From assembly GCA_016748015.1 (NCBI GenBank), contig JAAOMT010000496.1, positions 30,622 to 94,621 on the forward strand: 64,000 bases of DNA, given 5' to 3'. The notes under the pieces were generated by a model, which worked only from the letters and a program-made list of their open reading frames with translations, was not told where the DNA came from and made no database searches. This document shows, in pieces, positions 48,096 to 63,315 of the stretch. Source of the DNA: Geosiphon pyriformis uo1. Taxonomy: Eukaryota; Fungi; Glomeromycota. A program made the position numbers and the translations under genes. Each line of letters starts with the position of its first letter. The first letter of the stretch is position 1.

Positions 48096-51000
48096 ATAAT
48101 AATAAAAAAATAAATCAAAAAAAATAATATATGTAAAAATAAAAAATTGAGAAAAAAATAAGTAATAAAATACAATAAAATCTAATAAATAATTATATTT
48201 TATTAAATTTAATATTTTATTTTATTTATTTAATGTTTTTTATTGTTGAAAAATTTATTGTTTATATAATTTTTAAAAGATATTAATAATTAAATTAATA
48301 ATTAAGTTAACATTTAAATTAATAAATAAATCAATAATTTATTTAAAAATAAAATAGTTAATTATATAATATTAAATAATTTAATATATGTAATAATTAA
48401 TAAAAACTATAAATTTAATTATAATATTATTTTTTTCTAGAAAATTAAGTTTTTATAAAACTATATTATCTAATTAAATTGTATTTTTAATTCAAAATAA
48501 AATATTTTATTTAAACACTTTTAAATTTTTAATTGTTTTTTATATAACAAGTTTTTATTAATAAAAATTTTTTTTTAAGTATTTTTTTAAGTGTATTAAA
48601 AAATTATATTAGTTTAACTATTATGCATTTAATTATATATTATTTAATTTATTATTAGTTTATTTATTTTAATAGCTGTTTTTTGGTTTTAAAAACAATA
48701 TATATATATATTTATTATATTAATTATTATGGTCTGATTTTTAATAGTTAAAATAGCATTTAAATAACTAATTGTTTAGCAATTATAAAAAGTATTAAGA
48801 ATGTTTTAAAATGTTTTAATTTATAATATAATTGTTTATATTAATTAATAATATTTTAATTTTAAAGATAATATATTTATTTATTTTTGATTTTTTGTTA
48901 ATTATTAAAGTTAATATTTTTACAACAGACAATTAATTAAATTATTTGTAATATTTTTTAAATCTAATATTATGTATAAATTAATTATAAAAAATTGTTT
49001 TTTATTGGTTTACAAAATATATAATTTATTTTTTAATATTTTATTTATAATAAAAGTTTTTTTTAGTAATTAAAAAACTTATTTATATATATTATTTTTA
49101 TTTAAAAAATATTTTAAAATTAAGTTAAAAAATTGCTAAATCAATTTATTCGTAATATATAATATTAATATATATATATATATATAGAATATTAGTTTAA
49201 TTAAAATAAAAAATAACTTTTTCTTATATAAAATTAAATATAGATTATATATTTAATTTTTTATTATGTTTTAAGTAATTATAGTGTTTTATAATTAAAA
49301 AACATTTTGTTGTAAACAGATTTAAATATTATGGTCTTGTTTCTTACAATTTTATATTTACATACTTGAATTTAAAAAAAAACATTTTCAACAATTTCAA
49401 ATTAGAATAAATTTCATTGAATAGATGATTTTTGATGAGCAATATTTTGTTTAAAATGATTTAAAACAGTTAAAAAACATTTTTAAGTTCGTTGATTAAA
49501 AGAATTTTCAATTGCAAAAGATGTGGTTAAAATCTGAATTAATTGAATCTATTTTTTGAAGATGTACTTATTTATTATAAATAGTCTTTGAAATTATATG
49601 TTGTTCAAGATTTTTCTATTATAATATTGTTTAAATTGTCTTTGGTATAATGTCTGTACTTAATATTTATAAAACTAATACTTTTTGTTTAGATTTAAAT
49701 AAGATGTCTAGCAATATTATCAGATGATTTATAATTATGTTCAGCATTGCGAATTGTTAAATGCCAGTATTTATCAGCTTTAAGTAATCATTTATATACA
49801 GTAAAAAGGCAGTTTGTTAATAGAATTGCTGTTTTTTATTATTGATCTTTTAATAAAAGGCTTTTAAAAGCATATATTCATTTTCTTGATCACATTTGAA
49901 AATAATACAAGTACCATTAGCAGCAGAGTATTATTTTGTAACTACATATTCTTGAAAGTATGTAAAAGTATTAAAGACTTTGTATCATTTCACAAAAGCT
50001 ATATGATGTTTCTGAAGGTAGTAATATTATATAAATATAATCTGTAATTTAATAAAAAGATGTAATTAGTTGTAAAATCAAAAGAAAACTTATTAAGTTT
50101 ATTTTAGAACTCTTTGATTATAAACTTGTTAATATGTTCTCTATGATGTAAATAATATTATATGTTGTGGATGGGTTGATTTAGCAATTCTCAAATAATA
50201 TTAAAAAGTTTTTCTCAAATTAAATTTAGAAAAATGATTCAACTAATTATTTATTCATTATAAATTTAAAATAACTATATTAAATGGTAAAAAAGCATTA
50301 AATAATTCCATAAAATTTATCAATTTTTTAATATACTGTTGTCAATTCTTATAATAACACATCTAAACTATAAATAATATCAATAATTATGAACTTTTTT
50401 ACTTCTAAACTTTGTATGGAATCGCTCTGAATATTATTTTGTTACATATATTATAATAACTTTTATAAGTGCAAGTTTGAATTTTTAAAAGAGAGCTTCT
50501 TTTTAAGTATAAAAATTCTTTAAAAGCAAGCTGCAGCAAGAAGTTAATTAGCTAATTTGATTATAATGCCTTATTAACCATAAGTACAACTATATGTTTA
50601 ATGTTCTACTTCTTAGTTCTTTTTTAGTGAGAAACTTTTTAAAAATACTTTTAAAGTTGAATTCAAAAAAAAACGTTTCTTTTAACATGCTAAAGAGAAT
50701 TATTATTAAGAAGAAGAGAGTGCTATTTTTAAATAATATTATGGTGAATAAAGTTGCACTCTAAAGATTTTTAAGCTAATCAATAATTTTTTAATATAAC
50801 AAAAAATAAAATATAATAAATTTGTTTATAAATTAAATTTAATTAAAATTTAATATAGTGTTATAGGAAAAATATTTCAAAAAAGAGGGTAAAAATTATA
50901 TTATTTTTTACTTCATTTATATTATTTAAATAAAATATTCTAAACAAACAAACAAATAAACAATCAAACACTCAAACAATCAAATAAATAAACATAATAA

Positions 51001-54000
51001 ATATTATTTTTTTTTAATGTATCTTTTAAAAAATTATAAAACTTTTTTATATCCTTCTTAAAAATCAATAAAATAAGTTCTTTTTAATAATCAAATACGA
51101 TTCAAGATTGATTTTTCGAAAAAATATAATATTATTACTGCAATTTATATGGTATCAGTTTTTTATTTTTTAATACAAGAAAACCAGAGTGGCAGCTGGA
51201 TAGCCTCTAAAGTAATAATTCAAAAGTGTAAAAAACTAGATATAAACTAGACCTCAGAATCACAATTTAAAATACCAATTTTAATTGATAAATAAAGTGT
51301 TAATTGTTTCCTCAAATATTGTATTCATAATAAATACATTTAACTGTCTTGGTCTAAATAATATTGGCTCAACAATATTTGGTTTACAAATTAAAGGTAT
51401 TTGAAAAGAAATTAATCTTAAATTAAAGTTTTTTTTAAAAAAAATTTAATGTATATATATATATTTCAAATATTGTTCATTAGTGGGAGTTCAATTTTAC
51501 GATTATTTACCAATTGAAGGCTTTTTAATCATAACGTTTTTCAAAACAAATAATTATCTTAACCATTTTTAAATTTTTAATCAAATAAAATTTTGAGATA
51601 TTAATACTTCTTTATTTATATTAGAAATTAACAAAAAAAACAATAAGCTGCTAGAAATCCAATACAAGTTTCAATTTATTTTAATGATGATATAAAGTTG
51701 CCCAAAGAATTTCTAGTAAGATAAAGAGTTTTAAAGAAATTATGAGAATTTAAAAAGGAAAAAAATTGAATGATTAGCAGCAGAAAATTTTTTTTGATTA
51801 TTGGATTAATTAATATAAATCAATAATTAATATTTTCGAATAGGACTTCATATATTGATTTAAATTATATATTTATAATTTTTTTATTAATAACCACATT
51901 TCAAATTAATATTAGAGAGAATGTATTTAAGATTTAGTAAAGAAACTATTTTTTATGAAAATCTTTTGAGAAAACTTTTATCTTATTCCTTCAACTCTGA
52001 ATTTTATATTATTACTGTGCTAAAAGATATTGTGAAAGTTCTTAAAGTGTAGGGAATTGTTTTCTTTTTTCAAAAAACTCAAAACAACAACACAACACAT
52101 TATAAAATTAATAATTTGTTAAATATTACTAAAATTTAAAAAAAAACAAAAATTAAATATAAAAATAGATCTAATTTTTTATTTATAAGCAAAATAACCA
52201 AAAAATTAATTTTCAATAATTTGAATTTCAACAATTTTAAACAAAATAAATTATTATTTAATAAATAATTATAATTATAAATAAAATAATATTATTACAA
52301 ATATCTAAAACCAAATAAATTAAATATATATTTTTATATATTTAATTAAGATAACTAATTTTAACTTATAAGTACTTATAAAAATTGTTAATTACAATTG
52401 GTTAAATAAACATATTTATTTTATAAAATTACAAGCTATTATTATTTATCCAAAATTCAATGACAAGAAAAAACAATTACAAAAAATAAAAGTTAGTTTT
52501 TGGTAAAAAATATATTATAATTAATAGTATTTAGAATATTAAGCTTTACAAATATTATATCTATACAAGAAAATAAAACCAATAAATTTATATTTGCTAA
52601 AATACTTTCAAGCAAATAAAAACTCTTGTCTAAAAATAATCTCAAAATTTTTAGGTAAAGTATTAGGTTTAATAAAGATAATAGTATTATTTTTTTTTAA
52701 TCCAATTATTAGAAAGTGCTACAGAAAAATATTGTGATTGTGCTGCTAAAATTTACAAATGAAAATAAATAGCTCTGATATTGAATGCTTCTCCAATAAT
52801 AATTTTAACATTAGAGAAATTCTAACAATTTAGTAAATTTTTGAAATCATTAGATAAAGCATGAAGGAATTGCTGGAGTACTATCAGTAAAATATTAGGA
52901 GCTTTAAAATATTGATATTTAAATCTGCATTTTTTAAAGAAAAGAATTTTTACAAAAATCAAATCAACATTTAGGTTTTATATTAAATATGTGTTTAACA
53001 GATAATCTGTTTTTTTTTTACTAGTTTTTTAATATGAATATTAAATTTAAAATCTAATACAGTTTTTTTAATAAATTTTATAATAATTAATATATTGACT
53101 TTTAATAATTTTTCGAAACTTAATTTGATTTTTATTTTAATAGCTTTTTAAAATTTTAGTTATAATATTTAAAATTTGGTAATTTTATAATTACTGTAAA
53201 ATTAAAAATATTCTTTAATTTAATAATATTTAATTACATTTGTAATTCATGATAAATCAAATTATTAATAATAAGAATAATAATTGAATAAATCAAAAAA
53301 TATTGTAATAGTAAGTTCATGTTTTTATTTGAATTAGTAATAAAATATAATAGAACATAATATCATTATTTATTATTTTTAATTATCAAGATTGATTTTA
53401 ATTTTTAATTATATTTTAATAAAAAGTAATTTTAAAAATTTATTATACATAATATACTTTTAAGATTATATTATAATTAAATTGCTTATATTTTAACATT
53501 GAAAATAATTTTTTTTAATATGAAAATTTAATATTTAAATCGTAAATGGATAGAAGTTGTTTAAGAAATTAAAAATACTTCTAACATAAGCTGTAAAATA
53601 TTACAATAAATAAAGCCTTTCATAATTTTTTAATTTAAATAAAAACCAATTGCTTTTTTTGGGAAGTGTTAAAAAATATATATTGATTGATGCTTACTGC
53701 TCTTAAAAATTTATTGATAAATTACTTTTACATTTTAAAATTTTTTGCTTTATAATTTTAAACAAAAGCTAAAATTTTTAGAACAATCAAATCAATTAGA
53801 TGCAAGAAAACTTCTTTGGAAAAATTAATTGAAATTATTTAAAGAGATAGAATTGTCTAAAATGAAATTGAATATATTTTAACTCAAACTATAAAAGACA
53901 ATAATATATATTTGCTCATTATCTTATTCAATTACAAAAATTGCAAAATATTAATTCAATAAAATTTGCAAAAAAAGAAATAATTAAATTTAATTAGTTC

Positions 54001-54739
54001 CTAAAGCACTTCTTAAATCATCTTACAAATTTTTTTGAAATCATGTCTGCTTCTAAATTTTATCAATGGAAAAAGTAGATTTTAAAAAAATTAACTACAA
54101 TAATCTTAAATTATAAATAGAAGAAACTAATTTAAAAATTTGAATATAAAAATCTTATAATTTTTTACGAATTGAAAATATATTTAAAAAATACTTTTAT
54201 AATACAGCAGAAACTATTTTTGATATTATGAATAGATTTTTAGATTAAGAAAAAAGTAGTCTTTAATTAATAAAATAATTAATTCTAAACTGATAATATG
54301 AAACTAAAAAAGATAAAACTGATAAGAATTAAGATTTATTATAAGAGTTAATTATTAGAGCTCAAAAAAAATTTAATAGTTTTAAAGAAGATAGATATGA
54401 AAACAGAAGTTTGAAATCAATTAATTGCCAAATTTTTTTCATGTTAATTTATTAAAAAGCAGTTTCTAAATAATACTATAATTAAGTTAGTTTAATCAAC
54501 TTAAAGAAATCTAAGATAAAACATATTCAAATGGAAGTCTTAATTTTTGTAAATATGATACACTTTTTCTTGGTCCCATATTAAAAATAATTTTTGATAA
54601 TGCAACTTTGAAGCTAGATTTTTTATTTAAAAATTTATTATAACCAGCAATAATTAAAGTATTAAGTTTTTAATAGTTTCTAATTGTTTAAGCAATGTAA
54701 ATAATTGAAAACACAGCTTTACATTTGGTTATTTTTTTA

Positions 54740-56490
54740 GCTAGTAAATATTCAAAAGTTGCTAATTTAGTAAAAATATATCTTGGGAACAATTAAAAAA
54801 CACTTAAAGACTTATTCAGTTGTTTGAATAATAAAAGTTTAAAGTTTTCAACAGATCATATTTTATTCAGCTTTTTTTTAGAACATGGAATTGAAAATAT
54901 TCTTAATTTAAAAAAAAATTTCTAGAATTTCAGAAAGCAGTGAATTCAAAAGATTCTTTTGAATAATTCTTTTAAAATTATTGCTACAACAATGTAATTG
55001 GTGTTTTACAAGATCAAAAAAAAGCATTTTTACTCTATTTAAAAGCAGTAAAAGCAAGTAATATGAATGCTTAAAAAAATTTTGCATGTTGCTATAATAA
55101 TGGAAAAAGAATAACAAAAATTTGAAAAAAGCATCTGAACTCTATTCAAAAGCTGCAGGAGAACATACAATAGCACAATTTGCTCTTGGAAATTGTTATC
55201 ATAATGGATAGAAACAACAAAAGCAGCAGATATGAGACATACAAAATCAAAAAATAATCTTGTACTTTGTTATGATAATAGGTAGGAAACAACAAAAAAT
55301 GAGAAAAAAGCATTTTAATTTCTATTTAAAAGCAGCAGAGACAAAACATACTAATGCACAATACAATCTTAGACTTTGTTATCAAAATAGATTAAAAACA
55401 ATGAAAAATTTAGAAAAATCATTTGAGTTTTATTTAAAACAGCAGAGATAGGACATATTAGTGCACAAAATAGTCTTGGAGTTTCTTATCAAAATAAATA
55501 GAGAACAATAAAAAGTGAAAAAAAAGCATTTAAAAACAGCAAAAATGAATAATACAATTACACAATATAATTTTGTACTTTGCTATAAAAAAGAAAAAAA
55601 AATAACAAAAAATAAAGAAAAAGCATTTAAATTCTATTTAAAAGCAGCAGAAACAAATAACTTAAGTTTTTAAAATCATTTTTCTGATTTAAATGTCTTT
55701 AATCTTACTTTACAAAATCAAAATGATTTAGAACATTTTATTTTACAATTTCAAAATCAAGGTTTAAAATGCCCAAATGATTCTAAAAGTAAGTTTTTAG
55801 ATTTTAAAGCTTTTTTTAACAGACTTTCAGATAAATTTAAATGTTTTAAATGTGGTAGCTTGAATATAATTATTACTAGATTTCCTATATGTCTATTTTG
55901 TAGTATTGATAAAAGTGATAATAATTTATTTGAAGTTGGTTTATTGAAATATCCAGAATGCTATTACATATTAAAAGATCTACTTTGGTGTAAATATTGG
56001 TAATTATTACAATTGTTAAAAAGTTAAGAACATAGATTAATAAAAATAATAATATTGATTAGTATATAAAATATATGCAGAAAATTTCTAAAAGCTGCAG
56101 AAGCTGCTTAAAGTAAATTTTTTTTGACGAAATTAAATTTTTAAATAAAATAGAACAGAAAAGATTTTGAATTATTAAAGAAGATATATAAAAAAAAAAC
56201 CAATTTTTATTTCAAGACAAAAAAATCAAAAGTATAAGAGAAGTAATATTATGAAAGTTGCTTTAAAATGTTTTAAAAATAACTAAAATATAAAATTTAT
56301 TAATTCAATTGAGATAATTTTGTTTAATATATTTTTCGAATTTATATTAATCTTTTTTCTTTTTCTAATATTGGAAAATAATTGAAATAGTTTATTGCTT
56401 ATCTTTATTGTGTTTTTTGCAAATACATTCTTTAATGCTATAAAATCACAAAAGACATTACAACTAATAAATTTATTATGATTTTACTAT
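54740..56490 (+). pseudogene. Sel1-like repeat / CxxC / protein-kinase (N-lobe) pseudogene
   Basis: Repeats AQFALGNCY, AQYNLRLCYQNRLKTMKNLEKSFEFYLK and AQNSLGVSY; KCFKCGS...CLFC. Kinase remnants: DEIKFLNKIEQKRF*II (decayed Gly loop), KVALKCF and CYKITKDITTNKFIMI. Confidence 0.75.
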
Positions 56491-57900
56491 TTTTAGACAT
56501 AAAGTATTGTTCCAAACTTTTGACTTTTTTGGGCAATCAAGTTTTTTTATTATACAAAATTTACAATAATATTTTGTTACAATTGACTATTTTTTATTAT
56601 TGTTACAACATGTTTCTATGAATGACTATTTTTTTTCACAGTTGATATATTTTAGCTTTGGATATCTATATTTTTGTTCTCTTTTGCTTAATGTTTTATA
56701 TTAAAAAATAGATAATAGTTAGTTTTTTTGGTTAAAAAATAAGTAGCATTAGATGATTGCTACTGGTATTTTTTTTTCAAATTGAGAGTAAAAATAAGTT
56801 GGTTTTAAAATTATGTGCTTAAAAAACTTGATAAATTTGTAAGATAAATTTGTTTTTCTTTTTCTAAAATTTGATTAATGGTTTTTTGATGATAACAATT
56901 TTAAAATAACTATATATTGTTAATTATATGTAATATTTATAATAGCTAATTTAAAGTTCTTAAATTATTTAATTAAAAGTGGTTTTAGTTTTGATTAACC
57001 AATTATTATTAATAAAAGCTTAATACTACATGACTTGCATAATAAAAATTTTAATAAGTATTATTATGCTATTGACTTTAAATAAAAAGTTGTATATTTT
57101 ATTAATAAAAATTTTTATAATTTTGTATTATTAGTTTAATCAACTTAGTAATCTATTAATTTATAAACTGTTTTATAATAATATTAAAATCTATTTTATT
57201 AAATAATAATTTGCTGTATTCTTCATTTAAATCAAAAAAAATTGTTATTAAGATATTATTTTTTATAATTATAGTTAATAAAATAATAATATTAAATATA
57301 TTGTGTTCTAAATTTTTAGTAATATATTATTTATTAGACATAATAAGAAGACATAAATAGATTAAGAATTTAGAAATTAAAATTGTGAATTTGCCAAATT
57401 TTTGGCATAGTTTTTTTGTTATTAGTTAATATTATTAAAAATTTTTAATTTTTAGTTCTGTTATATATTTTTTAATTTTAGATTACTATTTAGTACTTGA
57501 ACCAAAAATTGTTGTTAAAGTAATTACTATAATTATAATAATTTTTATAATTATGACTAATAAATAATTTATAATTGTTATATTTATAATTAAAATATTA
57601 AAAAATAATATTAAAATAATTAATATTGTTTTTATTAAATTATAAATTTATAGTTCAAGTTTGAAATTAGCAATCAAAGTTTTAATATTAAATTTTTAAT
57701 TATTATTAACTTAATTATTATTTATAATTAATTTTAATATGTTTTTGTTTATAATAATAATTATAATTAATTTAAAAACAATAGTTAAAAATTAATTTTC
57801 GAAATAATTGTTGTTTTTATTATTGTTATAACATACTAAAAATTAATATTTAAATTTTATATTTATTCTTGTATTTATTACCAATCAATTTTTAATATTG
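56490..57900 (-). mobile_element. Highly decayed Gypsy gag-protease-Cys-rich remnant truncating the kinase pseudogene
   Basis: The minus strand gives KLKYINCEKK...YYCKFC, like 18330-18460. 56950-57260 aligns by eye with the protease region 18700-19140. It shares a block with 34630-34690. Confidence 0.6.
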
Positions 57901-60900
57901 TAATTTTAGCACTTTTTTTTAATCAATTTATTTTAACAACAAAATAATACAAAAGTAAAAAAATGAAAAAAATAATAATAAAATCGTTATTTTATTAATA
58001 ACTATAATTAAAAACTATAGTTTTAATGTAGTTAAATTTTTGAATAAATGCTTTTAATATAAGTTATTTTAACAAATCTAATATTTAAAAATAAATATTG
58101 ATTTATAAACTTAGATAGTAAATTATTGTTGTAATTTATATTAGAAAAAATTTACTTTAAGTGCTAAATTACTAATTATTAAAATTAATTTTTATTAAAT
58201 AAAAAAAATTTAATAAAAAAATTATTATTTTTTTGTTTTAATACTATTATTATATATATATAAATCTTTAAAATATGAAATTTTTAGAATTTTAATAATT
58301 TTTATATTTTTTGTATTATTATTAAAATTTTAACATTTTTAAAATTTCTTAAATTTTTTTTAGTATTCTTGAAATTTTATCTTATTTAACAATTTCTAAT
58401 ATATAATTGGTTAATTTATGCTATATGTTAATTATTAATTATACTTTATAAATAATATTTAATTACTATATATTACAATTTAAAAAAACTAATATATTGT
58501 AATTGTTGTAAATTATCTTACAAAATAATTTAAAGCAAAAGATATCTAAAAAAGAGATGTAAAATCAATTACAAGTTTCATTTACAAAAAACATTATTTG
58601 TAAACATAAATGTTTAATTAAATTACTTTCTTAATAAAGACTTATTTAGTTTAAATAATTACAGAAAAAAACTTTTAAAAAACATTTTATCAAAGAGTTT
58701 TATTTTTTTTAACATATTAGAAAAAAAATAACAAATTACAACTACTTAAAAATATTTTTTCTAATAAAAATAAAAGACAATATATTCAAAATTAGTTAAT
58801 TTTTAATATTAAAAAGAGCAATAATTTTATAAGCAGTATCTAAAATAAAATTAAACAATATAAAAGTTAGAACAAAACTGACAATATAAAAAAATATAAC
58901 ACAAAAAAAGAAAAAAAAATTACCAATTAATCTATGCAAATGAAATATTGTTTTTTTGAAGTAACTTAAAAAAAAAGGTAAATATTAATGTGTTCAAAGA
59001 GTTTACTAATAAATGTTTTTGTATTAGTTTTTTTAATATATATAAAGATAGTAGAAAATAAAAAAAAATTATTAGCATTTTAAAATAGTTGTTTACAGCC
59101 AATTTTTGCTCTTTTGTGTATTGCCAAAACCATAGTTTTACAAGTTTTTTATCATAAATTTTTAATATCTATGTTTATATAACATAAATAATAGAGAAAT
59201 ATTTTAAACTTTTGCTTACTAAAGAGACCAAAAAAAAACTTGTTTGATACTATTTGCTTTAGTATTACTTTGATCTAAAAATATACTAAAGTATTTACTA
59301 AAAATACTTTTTTTAATGATTTATAATATTACAGTAATAGTTTTATTTCTTTATTGCATACAAAAAATGTACACTAATATTTCAATATTTATATTTATTT
59401 CAAACATATAATGTAAAAAAATACCAGTTATGTTTATTGGTTTTGTGTGTAAAATCTATTAGAGTTAACCATCTATAACATCAAAGTTTTGGAATATGTA
59501 AAAACAATATCTTGGGTAAACTGCTGGGAAACATCTTAAAAAACTGGTGAGAAATACAATACAATTTAGTATAATATTTTCGATTACTTAGATGTGATAT
59601 AATCTCAAAATTGTCTTGTTTTAACTTAGTAATACCAATAAAGTAAGTCTCTATAGGTCTATAAAGTTTATATTTGATGTTTACGATTTTTTTTGTCTTA
59701 AATTTTGAGTAGAATTACCAAGACTTAATATATTAGCATATTTCTTAACAGTATTAACAATAACTACCAGAGAGTAATACTTAACTGCTTTTTTTTAACC
59801 AAGATTCAAAAAATTTCAGAGCATTTCAACTTGTTGTTAGGATAAGTTTAGGGCTTATATAGGTATTAGGCTTAAGAGTGTTTATTATTAAGATTAAAAA
59901 CACGATTAAGACTTATCAAAAAACAGTAAAACTTGTTAAAAAAAACTGTGTAAAACTTATTGTAAAAAAAGTGAAAATTTGTTGTGAAAATTTGTCAAAT
60001 AAAAAACATAAAAAAAAACATGAAAAGCTCTTCAAAAAAATCAACCAATAAAATACATGTTTTCATAAATCATTGATTAACTATATATTCTCTATTATAA
60101 TGTAATTATACATCAGCAATTGGCATTATGTAAAATATATTCTGCTTTAGCCTCCCTTTATTTATGGATAATTGACTAAATAAAATAAAATAAAAGTATT
60201 TATTCTTAAAAATATCTAAAAACTAAAAATAGTGAATAAAAGTAGAATGTAAATTAATATAATTGGTCTTAAAATCATAGTTGCTAATTTTTTCAAAAAA
60301 TCCAAAAATAGAGAGAATAATTTGCAATTGGTAATAAAAATAATACTGCTGTTATAATTTTAATATTTGTTTATTTAAAAAATTATAAGAGCAAGTTTCT
60401 TATTTTTCAAAAAATATTAGATTGATTTCAATTGAATTATAGCTATTGATATCTTTAATTATTAAACTTAAATTGTTAAAGTTTAGCTCTAAAATTATTG
60501 GTTAAATTTTGAAATCTTTTGAAATAATTTTATACATATATTTATTAATAATGGTTAAATACCGATATAAATTGTGTATTTTTTATAATTTTACTCAATT
60601 AAAACTATACTATACAAAATTATTTAGATTTAAACAAAAAAATAAGTTTAGTTAACTAAATTTAAAACATAAAATATGATATATATTTTAAAAATATCAC
60701 ATTTTTTAATCATCTATTTACAATTTGACAAAACAGTATTATTATTGAAAGTTAAATTGTTTTTTCTATTTTCTTTTTAATTTAATTAAAGCCACATTTG
60801 TTTACAAAGTTTTATTATAAAAACATAAACTAATTTTGTTATCTTTAACATTAAACGATTTAATAAATAAAATAAATTTAAAAGTTAACAAAGAACTTTT

Positions 60901-63315
60901 TTTATAATACTCATAAACACATAATTATATTATTTACATTAACAATGTTTTTTTTTGTTTTTTAATAATTAATTAATAAAATAAATAAAATATTTCATAA
61001 AATATTTTGCTCTATTTAAATAACATTATTGTATATTCAAAAAATAAAGGTTTGTTTACTTGGAACTTTAAAAGAGCCAAGTTAGTTTGGTACAAAGCTC
61101 GAGTAAGTTGAGCTCAAGCTGAATTTGAGCCAGAATTTTTAAAGCTTAGCTTAGTTTTATTAACTTATATATAATTGTGTTATGTGAATAATATGTCTTA
61201 AACAATTTTATGAACATTACCATTTTTGTGCAAAACTAATAGATTATAACATATTATCAATAATAATGGATCAGTTTAGGGCTTAAGTTTAACAAAGATT
61301 ATTTAAAAATAACGAAAGATTATTCTGCACTTATTAAATTTCGAAAAAAAAATGCTTTCCAAATTGTTTTTAATAATAAAATATAATATTATGCGTTTTC
61401 TACATGTGACCAGGCACTCGGAATTATTTCCAATTTATAATATGTATAATAATTTTTTAAAAAACTATTATTTAATAAAGAAAAACTTTTTTAAGAATTT
61501 GCTACAAATTTTTTATTATTACTCTCTTATCAGAAAAGAAAAATTTGAGAAACTGCCTTCATAACTGAGTTTATTTTTTACTATTTCGACTTTTCGACCT
61601 TTTTTTACAGCAAAATTAGCATACATACAATATAAATCATTCACAAATAAACCAGCCTTATCTCTTTCAGCTTTCGAATGGGTTTTCATTAAAATATTTT
61701 GCCTGTTTTCTTCTTCCTTAATTATTTGTTATTGAATTTATTAATAAAAGCAATTGCAACAAAAAATAAAAAATTTATCAACCAAAAAATTTCAATATTA
61801 ATATAATAAATACCCAATAAAATTCAAATTAATTAAAAAATAAAACAATATAAAATATTTTTTATAACTATTTTCAAAATTGAATTGTTTTATAAGATAA
61901 ATAATAATTACAAAACATGAAGTAAAATTTTTATTGAAATTATTGCTGTTATATTAACTTAGTTGATTTGTAATAATATTTTATTGTTTATTTTAAAAAC
62001 TTGTTAAATAAAACATTGACCTGATAATTAATTTTATATGCAAAAATAGTGTTAAAGTTTTTAATCATTAGACTTTAAATTATAAACTGTTTTTTTTGGC
62101 TTTAACAAAACTTTAATGTTTTGATTTATTGTTTAATTTGATTGGTTAGTTTATTGTTATGTGCTCAAATTACCTGGTTAACTAACTGTAAAAACTCAAG
62201 TCTAAAATTTGATTTTAAAATAAATTTTACAAAAAAGCCAATTTATGTTTTATTTATAACAATATAAAAAAATTTACTAATACAAATTTTTATTACAATA
62301 AAACAGATAAAAACATTAATAAGTAATTAAAATGAATAAAAAACAGTTTATTTATAAATAAATTATTATTAAAGCAAAAATATTTCAAGCCATTTTAAAT
62401 GATTGCTCATTAATTTTTGAATTTTTATAAGTTTTTTTTTGTTTTTTAAATTATCTTTAAAAGTAATAAATTTCAATTTATTTTTAATTCAAAAGTATTA
62501 AATAATAAAAATATTATATCACCATAAATTTAGTTTTATATTTTTATAATATAAACAATCTTTTGTCAAATCTTCAAATCTAATTTTAGTTGCCAAAATA
62601 CAACAGATAATTTTTTGATGTGTGTTTAACACATTTATTCTTATATTTTTTATTTTTATTACTTATATGTTAAAATATTTTAATAAATATTATTGTTTGA
62701 TTCAAAGTAAACTAAAACAAAAGTTTTGTAAATATTTCAGTTTTTAATAATGTGATTTTCTCAATATAATTAATTTATATTTCACGAAATTGCTTTATTG
62801 AAATAAAGATTTTTTCATGATAAAATTCATTAAACTGTTTCTAAACAATGTTAATTAAATTGGTGTATTGACATACCAAAATCCAAGATAAAATTTAAAC
62901 CAATGAGAGCCAAGAAAATTACTTTAAACTTGTTATTAAAGTCTATTATTGATAAAGTAAAGTAATATACCTTTTCTTGATATTAAGAATTTTTTTGAAG
63001 ATGACATTTCGATTGTTACACGAAAAAATCTCATTTAAATTAAAATAGCAATAAAACAATCTCTACCTGTTTAATTAATCTGGCTGAAAAGTTGTGTGTT
63101 TTCAAAACTTTTCCAACATTTCTAATTTTTTCAAGGTCTAGTCTTTTCAGGAATGTGATTAAAGGTTGAAATCTTTATTTATTAGCATAGCAAATTTTTT
63201 TTTTACCCATATAAAATATTCAAGGCTTAATAATCTTCTTGTTTTGGTTGAAATCATGTCTTTAAATTCATTAACTAAAAATACAACTTCAATTTTCAAC
63301 TGACTTGAAAGAACA

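Noticed and set aside
49300-50800. Slightly GC-richer stretch that may be a decayed gene or transposase (also 58500-60050)
   Set aside because: No motif could be recognised with confidence; needs TBLASTX or HMM search.
59835-59875. Telomere-like TTAGGG/TTAGG words (also near 61276)
   Set aside because: Isolated and not tandem.
61352-61564. 70-aa ORF over the orphan motif
   Set aside because: Low-complexity AT-driven composition with no recognisable domain.
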